The notes beneath the pieces are model-generated. The model was not told where the DNA came from. It was given only the letters and a program-made list of their open reading frames with translations, and searched no databases. 64,000 nucleotides of DNA, taken from IMG/VR virus record IMGVR_UViG_3300005690_000024, positions 1 through 64,000 of that record; one strand, given 5' to 3'. Every line of letters begins with the position of its first letter. Position 1 is the first letter of the stretch. The position numbers and the translations under genes were made by a program. Positions 18,367 through 27,639 of this stretch are shown here, piece by piece. The DNA comes from a virus.

Positions 18367-19206
18367 ATGCTGTTGGAAGAAGGTAAGAGATACGTTTTGA
18401 TGAATGGGCATGTGACCAGCCAGGTCTCAAGCAAAGGAAGCAGCAGCGGGAAGTTCCGTGGTTGGGTGCTTATTGATGGGGAGTGGGATTCGTTACAGTG
18501 GGACGGCGATGGAACAGTGTATGGCAATCTTAGTAACTGGGATGTGTCCCACGAGTATGTGGAAGAACATGTGGCAGAATCGCCTATCGTCACTCCGTCC
18601 GCAGTGACCATTGATGTCGACAGGAAGTACCAAACGTTGAGTGGTTATCCAGTGAAGATATTGAGTCGGCGTGGCGACGGATGCTTCGTTGGGTTGATCG
18701 AATGTGGAGGTGATCTAGGAGTATCTTACACGGAGGTATTTCAACCAGACGGGACTGTTATTAAGGCGCCTGGCCTGCGAATCACTCACGAGATCACGGA
18801 GACGGTTACAAAAGAAGTACCACCATCGCCAGAACCACTGATCCGCACGTTCGAGACAGGGGCGACTCGCAATCTGGACACGAACAAACTGGACTACGAC
18901 GGGTTCTTCTGCCCGATGTCGATGCACCGATTCGCCGAGTACATGCATTCTCATCGGAGGCAGAAAGATGGGAAGATGCGAGACGCCGACAACTGGCAGA
19001 AGGGCATCGGGTTCGATGTGTACATCAAATCGATGTTTCGCCACTTCATGGACCTGCGACTGCTGCACAAGGGTAAGGTCGCATTGTCTCCAGAAGATCA
19101 GCACGAGATCACGATTGACGAGGCGTTGTGTGCGATCATGTTCAATGTGCAGGGTTATCTGCACGAGTACTTGAAAGCGAAAGAGAAAGAATCCAGCGAT
19201 GTTTGA
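18367..19206 (+). CDS. dATP/dGTP diphosphohydrolase (DUF5664-type) domain protein with N-terminal extension
   Basis: RTFETGATRNLDTNKLDY...HRFAEYM...NWQKGI...SMFRH pattern. Confidence 0.75.
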   Translation: MLLEEGKRYVLMNGHVTSQVSSKGSSSGKFRGWVLIDGEWDSLQWDGDGTVYGNLSNWDVSHEYVEEHVAESPIVTPSAVTIDVDRKYQTLSGYPVKILSRRGDGCFVGLIECGGDLGVSYTEVFQPDGTVIKAPGLRITHEITETVTKEVPPSPEPLIRTFETGATRNLDTNKLDYDGFFCPMSMHRFAEYMHSHRRQKDGKMRDADNWQKGIGFDVYIKSMFRHFMDLRLLHKGKVALSPEDQHEITIDEALCAIMFNVQGYLHEYLKAKEKESSDV

Positions 19207-19732
19207 TCTGCTCGCCCAATTCTTTCAGTACGTCCTGGACTTCCTGCCTCGCCCTCAGATTGTTGGACCAACTGAGGGCGCAGCGTGTTATTGGTTTGGG
19301 AGGTACGGCAGAGAAAAAGGACCAGGAATCTACATCGTGTGGCCGATCGTCCAGTATTGGCGAACGCACGTCGTTGTGAGTCAGATCTGTGAGACAGCGA
19401 TCATTGCAGCAACGGATGAGTCCGGTGAGAGCTGGAAGTGGCGACTTGCGATTGAGTACGAGATCTGTGACTTGCTGAAGTTTGAGAGTTCGTCTTTCTC
19501 CAGTCAGAATCATCTGGAACAATTGGGTGGTTCGGCGTTGGTGTCGATCATCAGTTCAAACAACACTGAACGTCTAACAAACAGTACGTCGTTTTCGATC
19601 TGCAAGAAGATTCGGGAGCGTATTGAGGAACCTGCAAGGAGCAGGGGCATTGAAGTCATCGCCGTGCGATCTGTGATGGCGGTGAAGTGTATGAGCCTGT
19701 TTGTGAGTCAGGCGGAGCGGATAGCAGATTAG
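19199..19732 (+). CDS. SPFH / band-7 domain protein
   Basis: FGRYGREKGPGIYIVWPIV; RSRGIEVIAV. Confidence 0.7.
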   Translation: MFDLLAQFFQYVLDFLPRPQIVGPTEGAACYWFGRYGREKGPGIYIVWPIVQYWRTHVVVSQICETAIIAATDESGESWKWRLAIEYEICDLLKFESSSFSSQNHLEQLGGSALVSIISSNNTERLTNSTSFSICKKIRERIEEPARSRGIEVIAVRSVMAVKCMSLFVSQAERIAD

Positions 19733-19749
19733 TTCTTGTGAGATTATCG

Positions 19750-19784
19750 AAAGCCGTTCAGGGGAATCCTGATCGGCTTTTTTT
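19750..19784 (+). terminator. Rho-independent terminator
   Basis: AAAGCCGTTCAGG-GGAAT-CCTGATCGGCTTT then T-tract. Confidence 0.75.
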
Positions 19785-19859
19785 GTTGGTATTCACATGG
19801 CGTGAGACGCTTCGGGTCAACTTTGGCCAGAAAAGCAAAGGCAGCGTCAATATCGTGGT

Positions 19860-20177
19860 ATGTCAACTCCATCCACATTATTGACGGTTGCTCGCGACTC
19901 CGCGTTGGCGGCAATTGAGATATCCGACTGGTATGAGGTGTATCGTCAGTGCTTAAAGGCATCGGCGATTATATCGACCATTCCAGACTCGGAGGTCGGC
20001 GGAAACATGTCGTCAATGGTCTGGGACCGCAAGGGCATCCAGAACCTGATGGCAGAAGCCAAGCGAAACATGAACGATCCTGGGATGTCCGCCGATCCGA
20101 ATCAGTGTGGATTCCAGTTCTGTCAGGTTGAGTACACAGGCATCAGGGACCGTGATTGCTGCGGAGGTTGCGGCTGA
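19860..20177 (+). CDS. Head-tail joining protein (gpW-like position)
   Basis: Small gene directly upstream of the portal, TGATG-coupled. Confidence 0.5.
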   Translation: MSTPSTLLTVARDSALAAIEISDWYEVYRQCLKASAIISTIPDSEVGGNMSSMVWDRKGIQNLMAEAKRNMNDPGMSADPNQCGFQFCQVEYTGIRDRDCCGGCG

Positions 20178-21781
20178 TGTTTGATTTCATCAGGTCGTTC
20201 TTCATTGGCAAGCCTGCTGGCCCGATGTTCGGCGGTTCTGATGATGCGCAGGATCGGCAGCAAGAGGAGTCTGAGGATCAGCAGATTCGACGATGGGATG
20301 CCGCGCAGACGCATCGTCTGAATAGTGCTCAGTTCGAAAATGTGACTGGGCGGAGTATTAACGAAGATCTTGAGTTCTCTCTTCCTGTTCTGATGTCCCG
20401 CTGCATGGCAGAGGCGACGACGAATCCAGTGATTGAGGGGATTATTGACACGCATGCAATCGATGTCGTTGGTCCGAATGGACCGAACTGGCTTGTTAGC
20501 CCGCGTGATATTCAGTTACTCGAAGGCAACGAACCGCTCAAGGAAGCATTCGGCAAGTACGCAAGTGCTGCTGAAGAGGTTCTTCAAGAGTGGTTTAAGT
20601 CGCCGCATTTGAATGGTGAGTTGACTGGTCCAGAAATGCTGGAGCAGGACATCTGGCATCAGTGGACGTGTGGGAATTCGATCATTCAGGTTGTTGACGA
20701 TAAGTCGGCTCGCCGTGGTGATATCAGCCTGCGATGGCAGGAGATTCATCCAGAGCGAGTGTTTACGAACATTCTGTCGACGGTTCAGGCGTCTAAAGGG
20801 AACGCGGTTGTACTCGGGGTTGAGGTCGACGAGTACGGCAAGAAGATGTTCTACCATGTTCGCGAGGTCGACAAGTTCGGTCGTGGTGACTTGAACTATC
20901 GGCACAAGAGAATCAAGGCGTCTTCGATCATTCATCGATACGTTTCAAGAGAAGCGGGCCAGTTGGCAGGTGTGCCGTGGTTGGCGTCGAGTTTGCCTGT
21001 GATCGCAGATCTGAGGCAGTTCGATAAGTTCACAATGGAAACGGCTAAGCTCGGCGCTAGCCTCGGCGTTATCTTCCAAGATAGAGGCCCAGGTCCAGCA
21101 GGCCAGACTGGCAGAACTGGATCTCGAAATCCTACTCCGCTAAGGAAAAGTGGATTAGCGGAAATGATGCTTGCGCCTCCGAATACAGAGGCGGTTCAAG
21201 TCGATCCAAAGCATCCTGGGGCTCAGTACATCCCGTATCGTGCAGAGAGAATGCGTGATATTGGGCGAGCTGTGCAGATGCCTTTGCTGATCGTGCGTCT
21301 TGGGGCAGAAGATCATAGTTTTAGTTCTGCGCGGTTCGACGCACAGATCTATCAGCGTGGCGTGAGGCGTCTTCAGGCTCGCCTGCTGCATAAGTATCGA
21401 CCGTCAATGATGGACGTGCTTCGAGAGGCTGAGTTGATTGGCCTTATCCCGCGCCGTCCGATGGCGATTGAGATCACGGGTTCATTCACGGACTTGCCAC
21501 ATGTTGACCCCAAGAAAGAGGCGGATGCAACAGCCATTAACCTCGGCAACATGACAACGACATTGATTGATGTGTGGCAAGAGGCAGGCAAGCGCCCACA
21601 GGATCAGGTCGCGAAGTTACGACGGCAGGTAACGCTGCTGAATGATGTTCAGGATGGGTTTGGTGACAAGTGGCTGTTGTCGCAGATTGCGATGAATGGG
21701 CCAGAGCAGTTGTCTCAGGCAGAGGCAGCAAAAATAAACACAGAAGCAGGCGACACGCCAAGTGCAAAGGAGAACGATTGA
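20177..21781 (+). CDS. Portal protein, lambda family
   Basis: Size and position; GQLAGVPWLA, EDHSFSSAR, HVDPKKEA motifs. Confidence 0.85.
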   Translation: MFDFIRSFFIGKPAGPMFGGSDDAQDRQQEESEDQQIRRWDAAQTHRLNSAQFENVTGRSINEDLEFSLPVLMSRCMAEATTNPVIEGIIDTHAIDVVGPNGPNWLVSPRDIQLLEGNEPLKEAFGKYASAAEEVLQEWFKSPHLNGELTGPEMLEQDIWHQWTCGNSIIQVVDDKSARRGDISLRWQEIHPERVFTNILSTVQASKGNAVVLGVEVDEYGKKMFYHVREVDKFGRGDLNYRHKRIKASSIIHRYVSREAGQLAGVPWLASSLPVIADLRQFDKFTMETAKLGASLGVIFQDRGPGPAGQTGRTGSRNPTPLRKSGLAEMMLAPPNTEAVQVDPKHPGAQYIPYRAERMRDIGRAVQMPLLIVRLGAEDHSFSSARFDAQIYQRGVRRLQARLLHKYRPSMMDVLREAELIGLIPRRPMAIEITGSFTDLPHVDPKKEADATAINLGNMTTTLIDVWQEAGKRPQDQVAKLRRQVTLLNDVQDGFGDKWLLSQIAMNGPEQLSQAEAAKINTEAGDTPSAKEND

Positions 21782-24234
21782 TGGTTCAGTTTGTAAGACA
21801 AGGATCGACCCGATCAGACATTTCATGCCGAAGTCTCGAAACACGAGCGAACTCGGCTGATGCTGAGAATATGACAATCGATGCCATTCTCAGTACAGAA
21901 GCACCAGCCCGAATGATGGACTGGTACAACTGGGAGGAGATGGACGAGATCTTGCTGGCAGATGGCAGAAGCAAGCTTCCGCATATCGTGATGCTGGATA
22001 CTCATGATCGATCGAGCATCAACAAGATCCTCGGTCATATGGCAAACCTGCGAACGGAAGGCACTGACACGATCGTTACGTGCACTTTCGATCGAGACGA
22101 TCCAGAAGCCGTGAAGGCGTTCAATAAGTACAAAAACGGTCACGCTCGCGCATTGAGCGTCGGCTACTCGGTGATGAAGTTCGTCGACATTCCCCCAGGC
22201 CAGTCTGAGATGGTTAATGGGCGGGAGTATAAGGCACAGAAGAACCGCAAGATGCGAATCGTCACTAAGTGGCGAGTTGATGAGGGTTCGCTTGTTCCTA
22301 TCGGAGCGGACAAGAACGCACTGTCTCGATCAGGTGCCAGAGGTGCATCGTTCCAGGTTGAAGACGGCGAAGCAGAAAAGATTCTTGCGATGCGAGAGCA
22401 AGATAAAAGAAAAATGCAGCGACGGCGCAAACAGCGTCAAGATCAGGTTGCAGAAATTGAAACTGTCGCGACCGCAGAACTCATCCAAGGTGAGACGCTG
22501 TTGAGAGCAGAACCAAACCAACAGGTGGTGATCAACATCACGAACGGCGAGGTTAAGACAGAGCAGGTTGAGGGAGTGATCACTGAAGTCACTACGGAAG
22601 TGACGAGTGATGCTAGGACAGAAGTTGAAACGTCTCCAGAGTCGGAGACTCGCACAGAAGAAACCGCAACCGTTGCGGATGTAACCATTTTGCCTGCCGA
22701 GTCCGGCGGCGCTACAGAAAGGAAAGGGATCGCAATGAGCGAGACCACCAGCCCTGCCGACAACGAGCAGGACAAGGCACAGATTGAGGCTGCTCGCAAG
22801 GCAGCACGCGAAGAAGGTATCAAGGCTGAACGTGAGCGTCAGGTTCAGATCCGAAAGCTTGCTGGCAGCGACGTCAGTCAGGAGACTCTGGCGAAGTGTC
22901 TGGAAGATGCGGATTGCACTCCAGAGGCAGCCGGTGCACTGTTCCTGGCAGACATTCGCTCACAGCGAGGGAAGCCTGTTGAAGTCGACGCGCCGAACGT
23001 GATTACGACTCGCAATAAGCGTGAGCGTGATTGCAATGTCGACGTTCTGACGACTGCACTCGCTCTGCGAGTTGGTGGCGAGAAAGTCGCTCGTGCCCTG
23101 CCGTTCATTAGCTTTAATGAGCGAACCGGCAAGATGACGATGAAGCCGATTACGGAACTCACGGATGAGCGACGTAAGCAGGTCGAAGACAACATGAACA
23201 AAGCCGAGCGGATGGAGCAGTACTCACAGATTCGTCTGTGTCGTGAACAGCTTCGCAACCGAGGCATTGACGACTTCGATGAAGACGACTTCGAGGAAAT
23301 CGCTCAGCGTTCGTTCTCGACGCCCGGCGTCACAACGATCTACACCCAGACAGTTGGTGCGGTTCTGCTGGCGAACCTGATGGAAATCAGCGATTCGACT
23401 CAGGGCTGGTGTGATGTTCGGACAGTGCCAAACTTCAAGAGCAACGAGTTGCATCGTCTTGAAGGTGGTGCGTTGGCTCGACGTATTCGCGGCAAAGAAG
23501 CGGCTGAATCAGAGTTCGCGGACACGATGGAAACCTACAAGGTCCATGAGTACGCCAACAAGATGAAGATTGATCGTCAGGATCTGATCGACGACTCTCT
23601 TCAGGCTTGGAGCACAGTTGGAAGCAACTGGGCCTATGCAGTTGGTGATCTGCGACCTTCGCTGGTTTACGGTGCTCTGAGTGCGAACGCGGCTCTGAGT
23701 GACGGTACTGCCCTGTTCCATGCAGATCATGGCAACCTGACCGCAAGTGCTGGCTTGAGCCACGAAACTGTTCAGGCGTCGATGAATCGACTGGCAGCGA
23801 TGAAGGGTGCGAATGGAAACATTCTCGGTCTTCGCGATGCGTACCTGGTCGTTCCACAGGCACTGTACTACGACGCGAAACGCATCCTGAATGCGACCGA
23901 AGTTCGTAGCAACGAATCAGGGATCAAGCAGTACGGTACTGCAAACATCCTGAGTGGCGAGCCGATCACGCTGGCTGCAGATGTTCGTCTGTCGAGCGGT
24001 TTCGTGTATCCATACACGGGTATTGCCGTCGCTGGTGCCCCAACGACTTGGTATCTGGCTGCCAAGGGCGGTCGATACGGAGTTGTTGTTGGTTACCTGC
24101 AGGGTACGAATGGTATGCCAACGATGCGAACGAAGACTCTGGACGGTGGAAGCTACGGCATCCAGATGGACATGAATCTGGACATCGGCATCGGCTTCCA
24201 GTCTCACCAGGGTATTGGTAAGCACACGGCGTAG
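21781..24234 (+). CDS. Fused prohead protease-scaffold-major capsid protein
   Basis: Protease-like N-terminus (LDTHDR, LSVGY, EGSLVPIGAD); acidic scaffold linker; capsid C-terminus (PNFK, YLVVP, WYLAA, YLQG); ATG coupled to portal stop. Confidence 0.85.
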   Translation: MVQFVRQGSTRSDISCRSLETRANSADAENMTIDAILSTEAPARMMDWYNWEEMDEILLADGRSKLPHIVMLDTHDRSSINKILGHMANLRTEGTDTIVTCTFDRDDPEAVKAFNKYKNGHARALSVGYSVMKFVDIPPGQSEMVNGREYKAQKNRKMRIVTKWRVDEGSLVPIGADKNALSRSGARGASFQVEDGEAEKILAMREQDKRKMQRRRKQRQDQVAEIETVATAELIQGETLLRAEPNQQVVINITNGEVKTEQVEGVITEVTTEVTSDARTEVETSPESETRTEETATVADVTILPAESGGATERKGIAMSETTSPADNEQDKAQIEAARKAAREEGIKAERERQVQIRKLAGSDVSQETLAKCLEDADCTPEAAGALFLADIRSQRGKPVEVDAPNVITTRNKRERDCNVDVLTTALALRVGGEKVARALPFISFNERTGKMTMKPITELTDERRKQVEDNMNKAERMEQYSQIRLCREQLRNRGIDDFDEDDFEEIAQRSFSTPGVTTIYTQTVGAVLLANLMEISDSTQGWCDVRTVPNFKSNELHRLEGGALARRIRGKEAAESEFADTMETYKVHEYANKMKIDRQDLIDDSLQAWSTVGSNWAYAVGDLRPSLVYGALSANAALSDGTALFHADHGNLTASAGLSHETVQASMNRLAAMKGANGNILGLRDAYLVVPQALYYDAKRILNATEVRSNESGIKQYGTANILSGEPITLAADVRLSSGFVYPYTGIAVAGAPTTWYLAAKGGRYGVVVGYLQGTNGMPTMRTKTLDGGSYGIQMDMNLDIGIGFQSHQGIGKHTA

Positions 24235-24247
24235 CGTATAGGGACTG
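24234..24247 (+). promoter_or_regulatory. CGTATAG motif copy
   Basis: GCGTATAGGGACTG sharing the G of the capsid TAG. Confidence 0.6.
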
Positions 24248-24250
24248 TGT

Positions 24251-24278
24251 GAGGGCAGTCGCAGTGGCTGCCCTCTTT
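24251..24278 (+). terminator. Hairpin / weak terminator after capsid gene
   Basis: GAGGGCAGTC...GGCTGCCCTC then TTT. Confidence 0.6.
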
Positions 24279-24303
24279 CGAGTATCGCCAAAGGGGTTGT
24301 GTC

Positions 24304-24735
24304 GTGGAAGAACAAGAGCAAGACCTGTACTACCTCGAAGACGTGATGGTTGCGTCTTCAGGGTCAGGAATGAAATTGATGGGTCAGGTCGTCGACGTCG
24401 AGGACGTGAAAGACAGCCTTGGGTGGTTGCAGCAGATGCATAAAGTCGGGAATCGCGAAGAGTATTTGTCGCGTTGCCCGCAGCCAGAGGTTGAGGTGGA
24501 AGTTCCAGTCGTTGAGGAATCAACGGTTGTTGAAACGACGCCAGAAGTTGTAGACGTCGACGCTGTCGCGTTGATCGATAAGGCCAAGGAAGTGCTCTCG
24601 AAGGGTAAGAAGAGGCTGGCAGACTTGGCGGTTGATTGTGAGTCCACTGAGGCGGTGCTGAAGCCGTTGTTGACGAAGGAAAATGGTTTCCTGTTGAATC
24701 AGCAGGGTTGGTACAGCGTTCAGTCTGTTTCGTAG
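24304..24735 (+). CDS. Hypothetical protein (head region)
   Basis: Acidic ORF between capsid and cement genes; start uncertain. Confidence 0.55.
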   Translation: MEEQEQDLYYLEDVMVASSGSGMKLMGQVVDVEDVKDSLGWLQQMHKVGNREEYLSRCPQPEVEVEVPVVEESTVVETTPEVVDVDAVALIDKAKEVLSKGKKRLADLAVDCESTEAVLKPLLTKENGFLLNQQGWYSVQSVS

Positions 24736-24777
24736 TTTCAAGAACAAAACCCGCAAGGGAAAAATAGGAGAGTTGCG

Positions 24778-25131
24778 ATGGGTCTGTTTCAGACTTGTGA
24801 TGATGTGAGTATCCAGACTGTTACCTCGACTACGTGGTATTCTGGTCAGTTTAAGACAGCAAAAGACGGTCGTCTTGGTGTCGTTCAGAGCCTGAAGCCT
24901 GCTGCTGTCGGCGATGAAGTATCGCTGGCACACAAAGGCCAGGTGACGTTCGTTGCTGGTGAAGCGTATAACGCCGGGGAAGATGTTTTCATCAACCCAG
25001 CGGATCAGGCGAACACGGATGAAGCGACATCCAATTACGTTTACGCGGGTAAGACGCTGTATGCCGTGTCTTCTGGTGCGAAGGGTGTTCTGTATCTGAA
25101 CTCACCAGCACTGCGTGACACTGACACTTAA
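24778..25131 (+). CDS. Capsid cement / decoration protein (DUF2190-like)
   Basis: AGEAYNAGEDVFIN...YAGKTLYAV pattern; typical position. Confidence 0.7.
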   Translation: MGLFQTCDDVSIQTVTSTTWYSGQFKTAKDGRLGVVQSLKPAAVGDEVSLAHKGQVTFVAGEAYNAGEDVFINPADQANTDEATSNYVYAGKTLYAVSSGAKGVLYLNSPALRDTDT

Positions 25132-25143
25132 TCAAAGTGTTTT

Positions 25144-25206
25144 CCTGCTGCCCAGTATGCCGTATCCCACAGCGGTTCCGAACGCCCCATCGGGCTGGGC
25201 GGCAGG
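25144..25206 (+). other. Large GC-rich stem-loop
   Basis: CCTGCTGCCCAG (25144-55) pairs with CTGGGCGGCAGG (25195-206). Confidence 0.6.
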
Positions 25207-25228
25207 TTTCTCAGATTGGTAGTGAAGT

Positions 25229-25567
25229 ATGTCGCATCGAGAGTTTCAGGCTGAGCACGGCATTGAAAGCCATTTCGAATGGAACGGCGAGTACGTACTT
25301 CTGAATGGGACTGATTCGGTGGTTGCGATCGTAAACCTTGGACTTCCTGTCACAGACTACGATCGTGGGAAAGGTGTTTCTCATCGCGGTAAAGTGATGT
25401 TCCCGGCAGCACAAGTATTGACGATTCACGATCATGTTGTGATCGACAGTGTGCGATGGGAGATTGACAACGGACGTAAGCCAGAAGATGGGGCAAGGAT
25501 CTGGCATATCGTTCGCCGCGAGAAAGAATACACGATGCGGAGATCTGCCCCTTATCGGGGCGAGTAG
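25229..25567 (+). CDS. Head-tail adaptor / closure-like protein
   Basis: Position and size. Confidence 0.5.
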   Translation: MSHREFQAEHGIESHFEWNGEYVLLNGTDSVVAIVNLGLPVTDYDRGKGVSHRGKVMFPAAQVLTIHDHVVIDSVRWEIDNGRKPEDGARIWHIVRREKEYTMRRSAPYRGE

Positions 25568-25620
25568 TGACGTTCCTTCCGTTGTTTGAAGGGAGGCGAT
25601 CCTACGGCGATCGGTGTGTT

Positions 25621-25654
25621 CAGTGGCGTCAGTACCTTGCTGACGCCACTGTTT
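25621..25654 (+). terminator. Perfect 12-bp hairpin, probable terminator
   Basis: CAGTGGCGTCAG-TACCTTG-CTGACGCCACTG then TTT. Confidence 0.6.
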
Positions 25655-25681
25655 GTATGACGGGAACGAACGGGGGTTGTT

Positions 25682-26194
25682 GTGGCTGGGTTCAAGGCAC
25701 TGTATTGCACGATTCAGCATCTCAGAACAATGGTCTCTCAGAGTGAGACGTTCCAAGAGATTACGGGAAGTGCAAACGCGGAGGAGGCGTTAACGCGGAT
25801 CACGATGCTTGCTGCTGAAGATGAGGAAAGCGAGGAAGCAGGTGAGGATTATGTCAGTGTGTCTCAGTTTCCTCGGGCAATTTTGTGGCCACTTGGTCCA
25901 CGGTACATCAGAGGAACGAACAATACATTCAGTAGTGTTTCCCCAATAATCATCACTATGGAAATGGTAATACCGGATAGTGTTCCAGATACGGTGAGTG
26001 ATGGTTTCGATTACTTCTCCCCATTGATGGACGAATTCATTGATGAGGTGCTGAAGATGAGTGTTACAAGAAATCCGGGGATGCTGAATATTGCAGAGGC
26101 TAGTGTGGTGTCTCCACCAATGCCAATTGAGAAAAAGAAGTCACAGGGTGTTCGGATCTGGGACTGTGATGTGGAAGTGATCGCGAAGGGGTAG
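25682..26194 (+). CDS. Tail completion / terminator-like protein
   Basis: Position before tail tube; acidic. Confidence 0.45.
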   Translation: MAGFKALYCTIQHLRTMVSQSETFQEITGSANAEEALTRITMLAAEDEESEEAGEDYVSVSQFPRAILWPLGPRYIRGTNNTFSSVSPIIITMEMVIPDSVPDTVSDGFDYFSPLMDEFIDEVLKMSVTRNPGMLNIAEASVVSPPMPIEKKKSQGVRIWDCDVEVIAKG

Positions 26195-26196
26195 TG

Positions 26197-26664
26197 ATGT
26201 TTCGGAAGATTTCAATCGAAGCAACGATGTTGACGCGGGATTCGATCACGCGACTGGCAACAGAGTTGAATCGTGAGACAGGGCTTGAGCATGCTCGCCA
26301 CACTCTTCCGTTGCACTTCACGATGGGGGCGTATCAGCGATACAAGTACAAGACGCGAAAGCGTGGGTACACAACCAGAAAGAAACGTCGGTTCGGTCAT
26401 ACGAACCCGAACGAATACTCTGGTGCATTGAAAGCAATCATCCTTGCAACCGCACCAGCGGGAGTGAGGGCAACATCCAAGGGTGTACGCATCAGGGCGA
26501 AGGGAACTCGCCAGCATAAGATGTGGAAGTACACGAGGGAAGAGTTGGAGCAGGTTTCAGCGAGTGAGCTGGACCGATACGGAAGCAATTGGGCTCGCGG
26601 CTTTGCCGATCGAGCAAAACGTCCAGAATACAAGAAGAAGACTCGAATCTCGAAAGGCAGATAG
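26197..26664 (+). CDS. Basic neck / virion morphogenesis protein
   Basis: Arg/Lys-rich; position. Confidence 0.45.
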   Translation: MFRKISIEATMLTRDSITRLATELNRETGLEHARHTLPLHFTMGAYQRYKYKTRKRGYTTRKKRRFGHTNPNEYSGALKAIILATAPAGVRATSKGVRIRAKGTRQHKMWKYTREELEQVSASELDRYGSNWARGFADRAKRPEYKKKTRISKGR

Positions 26665-26666
26665 GC

Positions 26667-27569
26667 ATGGCACATACGTCATGGGATATTGTGATTGGCT
26701 CTGGAAGTATCAAGAACATCCAGAGTGTTAGCTTCAATCAGAACGCGGCGATCATCACTGAACGTGCTGCGGGTGCTCATGCACCAGGGAAATTGTATCA
26801 GGGTAACTCAGAACCGATGGTGACGTTGAGTTCAACGGACATCTCTGGTCTGGTTGCGTTGAATACGAGCACGTTCGCTTCGGTCGGGATCTGCCTGAAA
26901 GAAGTGACGACGACTGTACCGCTGGCAAAGCGTGCAGACTGTGCTGTTACGGCAGCGGGTTCTGTGCATACGGCGTTTGCGTGTAACAACACGATCATTA
27001 TCCCGACATCGTTTGAAGCGAGTCAGGATTCGGATACGGGTGCGACATGCAGCATGGAAGCACGATTCCGGTCTTCAGATGGATTGGCCAGTCCGATCAC
27101 TCTGACGAACACGGCTTCACTGGCGTCATCAACGCTGGGCGACTCGTTTGGTCTGGGCCCGGTATTCATCAATGACGTTGAGATCACGGAGTTAGTGGGA
27201 ATCACCGTCACACCGAACATCACTCTGCAGATCCAGCGAGTTGGTGGCGGGATTTATCCTGTTGCTCACTACCTGATCAGCACCGAACCAGTGTTCGACA
27301 TCACGTCAGAGAACGTTGCGTTGCTGACAGATTTCGTCCCGAACTTCGGGTCGTCTGTTGCAATCGATGCGTACTTCCGTAAGCGTCTGGACGGTGGTGT
27401 GTTTGTTGATGATGAGGACGAGGAGCACGTTCGGTTCAGCAGTGCTGGCGGACTTGTGAAGGCTGACTCGATGGAAGTGAATCGAAACAGCAACGGCACG
27501 ATCACTCTTCGATTCCATGCGAAGGCGATGACTGCGGCGGCAGGTGTTGCGATTGAGTATCCTGAGTGA
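26667..27569 (+). CDS. Major tail (tube) protein
   Basis: 300 aa, Ser/Thr/Ala-rich beta protein two genes upstream of the tape measure. Confidence 0.65.
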   Translation: MAHTSWDIVIGSGSIKNIQSVSFNQNAAIITERAAGAHAPGKLYQGNSEPMVTLSSTDISGLVALNTSTFASVGICLKEVTTTVPLAKRADCAVTAAGSVHTAFACNNTIIIPTSFEASQDSDTGATCSMEARFRSSDGLASPITLTNTASLASSTLGDSFGLGPVFINDVEITELVGITVTPNITLQIQRVGGGIYPVAHYLISTEPVFDITSENVALLTDFVPNFGSSVAIDAYFRKRLDGGVFVDDEDEEHVRFSSAGGLVKADSMEVNRNSNGTITLRFHAKAMTAAAGVAIEYPE

Positions 27570-27571
27570 TA

Positions 27572-27580
27572 CGTATAGGG
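27572..27580 (+). promoter_or_regulatory. CGTATAG motif copy
   Basis: CGTATAGGG 2 nt after stop. Confidence 0.5.
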
Positions 27581-27584
27581 ACGA

Positions 27585-27614
27585 TGTGGCGGCAGTGGGT
27601 GCCGCCACAGTTTT
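27585..27614 (+). terminator. Rho-independent terminator
   Basis: TGTGGCGGCA...TGCCGCCACA then GTTTT. Confidence 0.7.
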
Positions 27615-27639
27615 CTGAAGAGTTCTATAGGGGCGAGTG

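Noticed and set aside
18367-19206. 2-aminoadenine (Z) genome system
   Set aside because: No PurZ or dedicated polymerase in the window; the hydrolase domain alone is not diagnostic.
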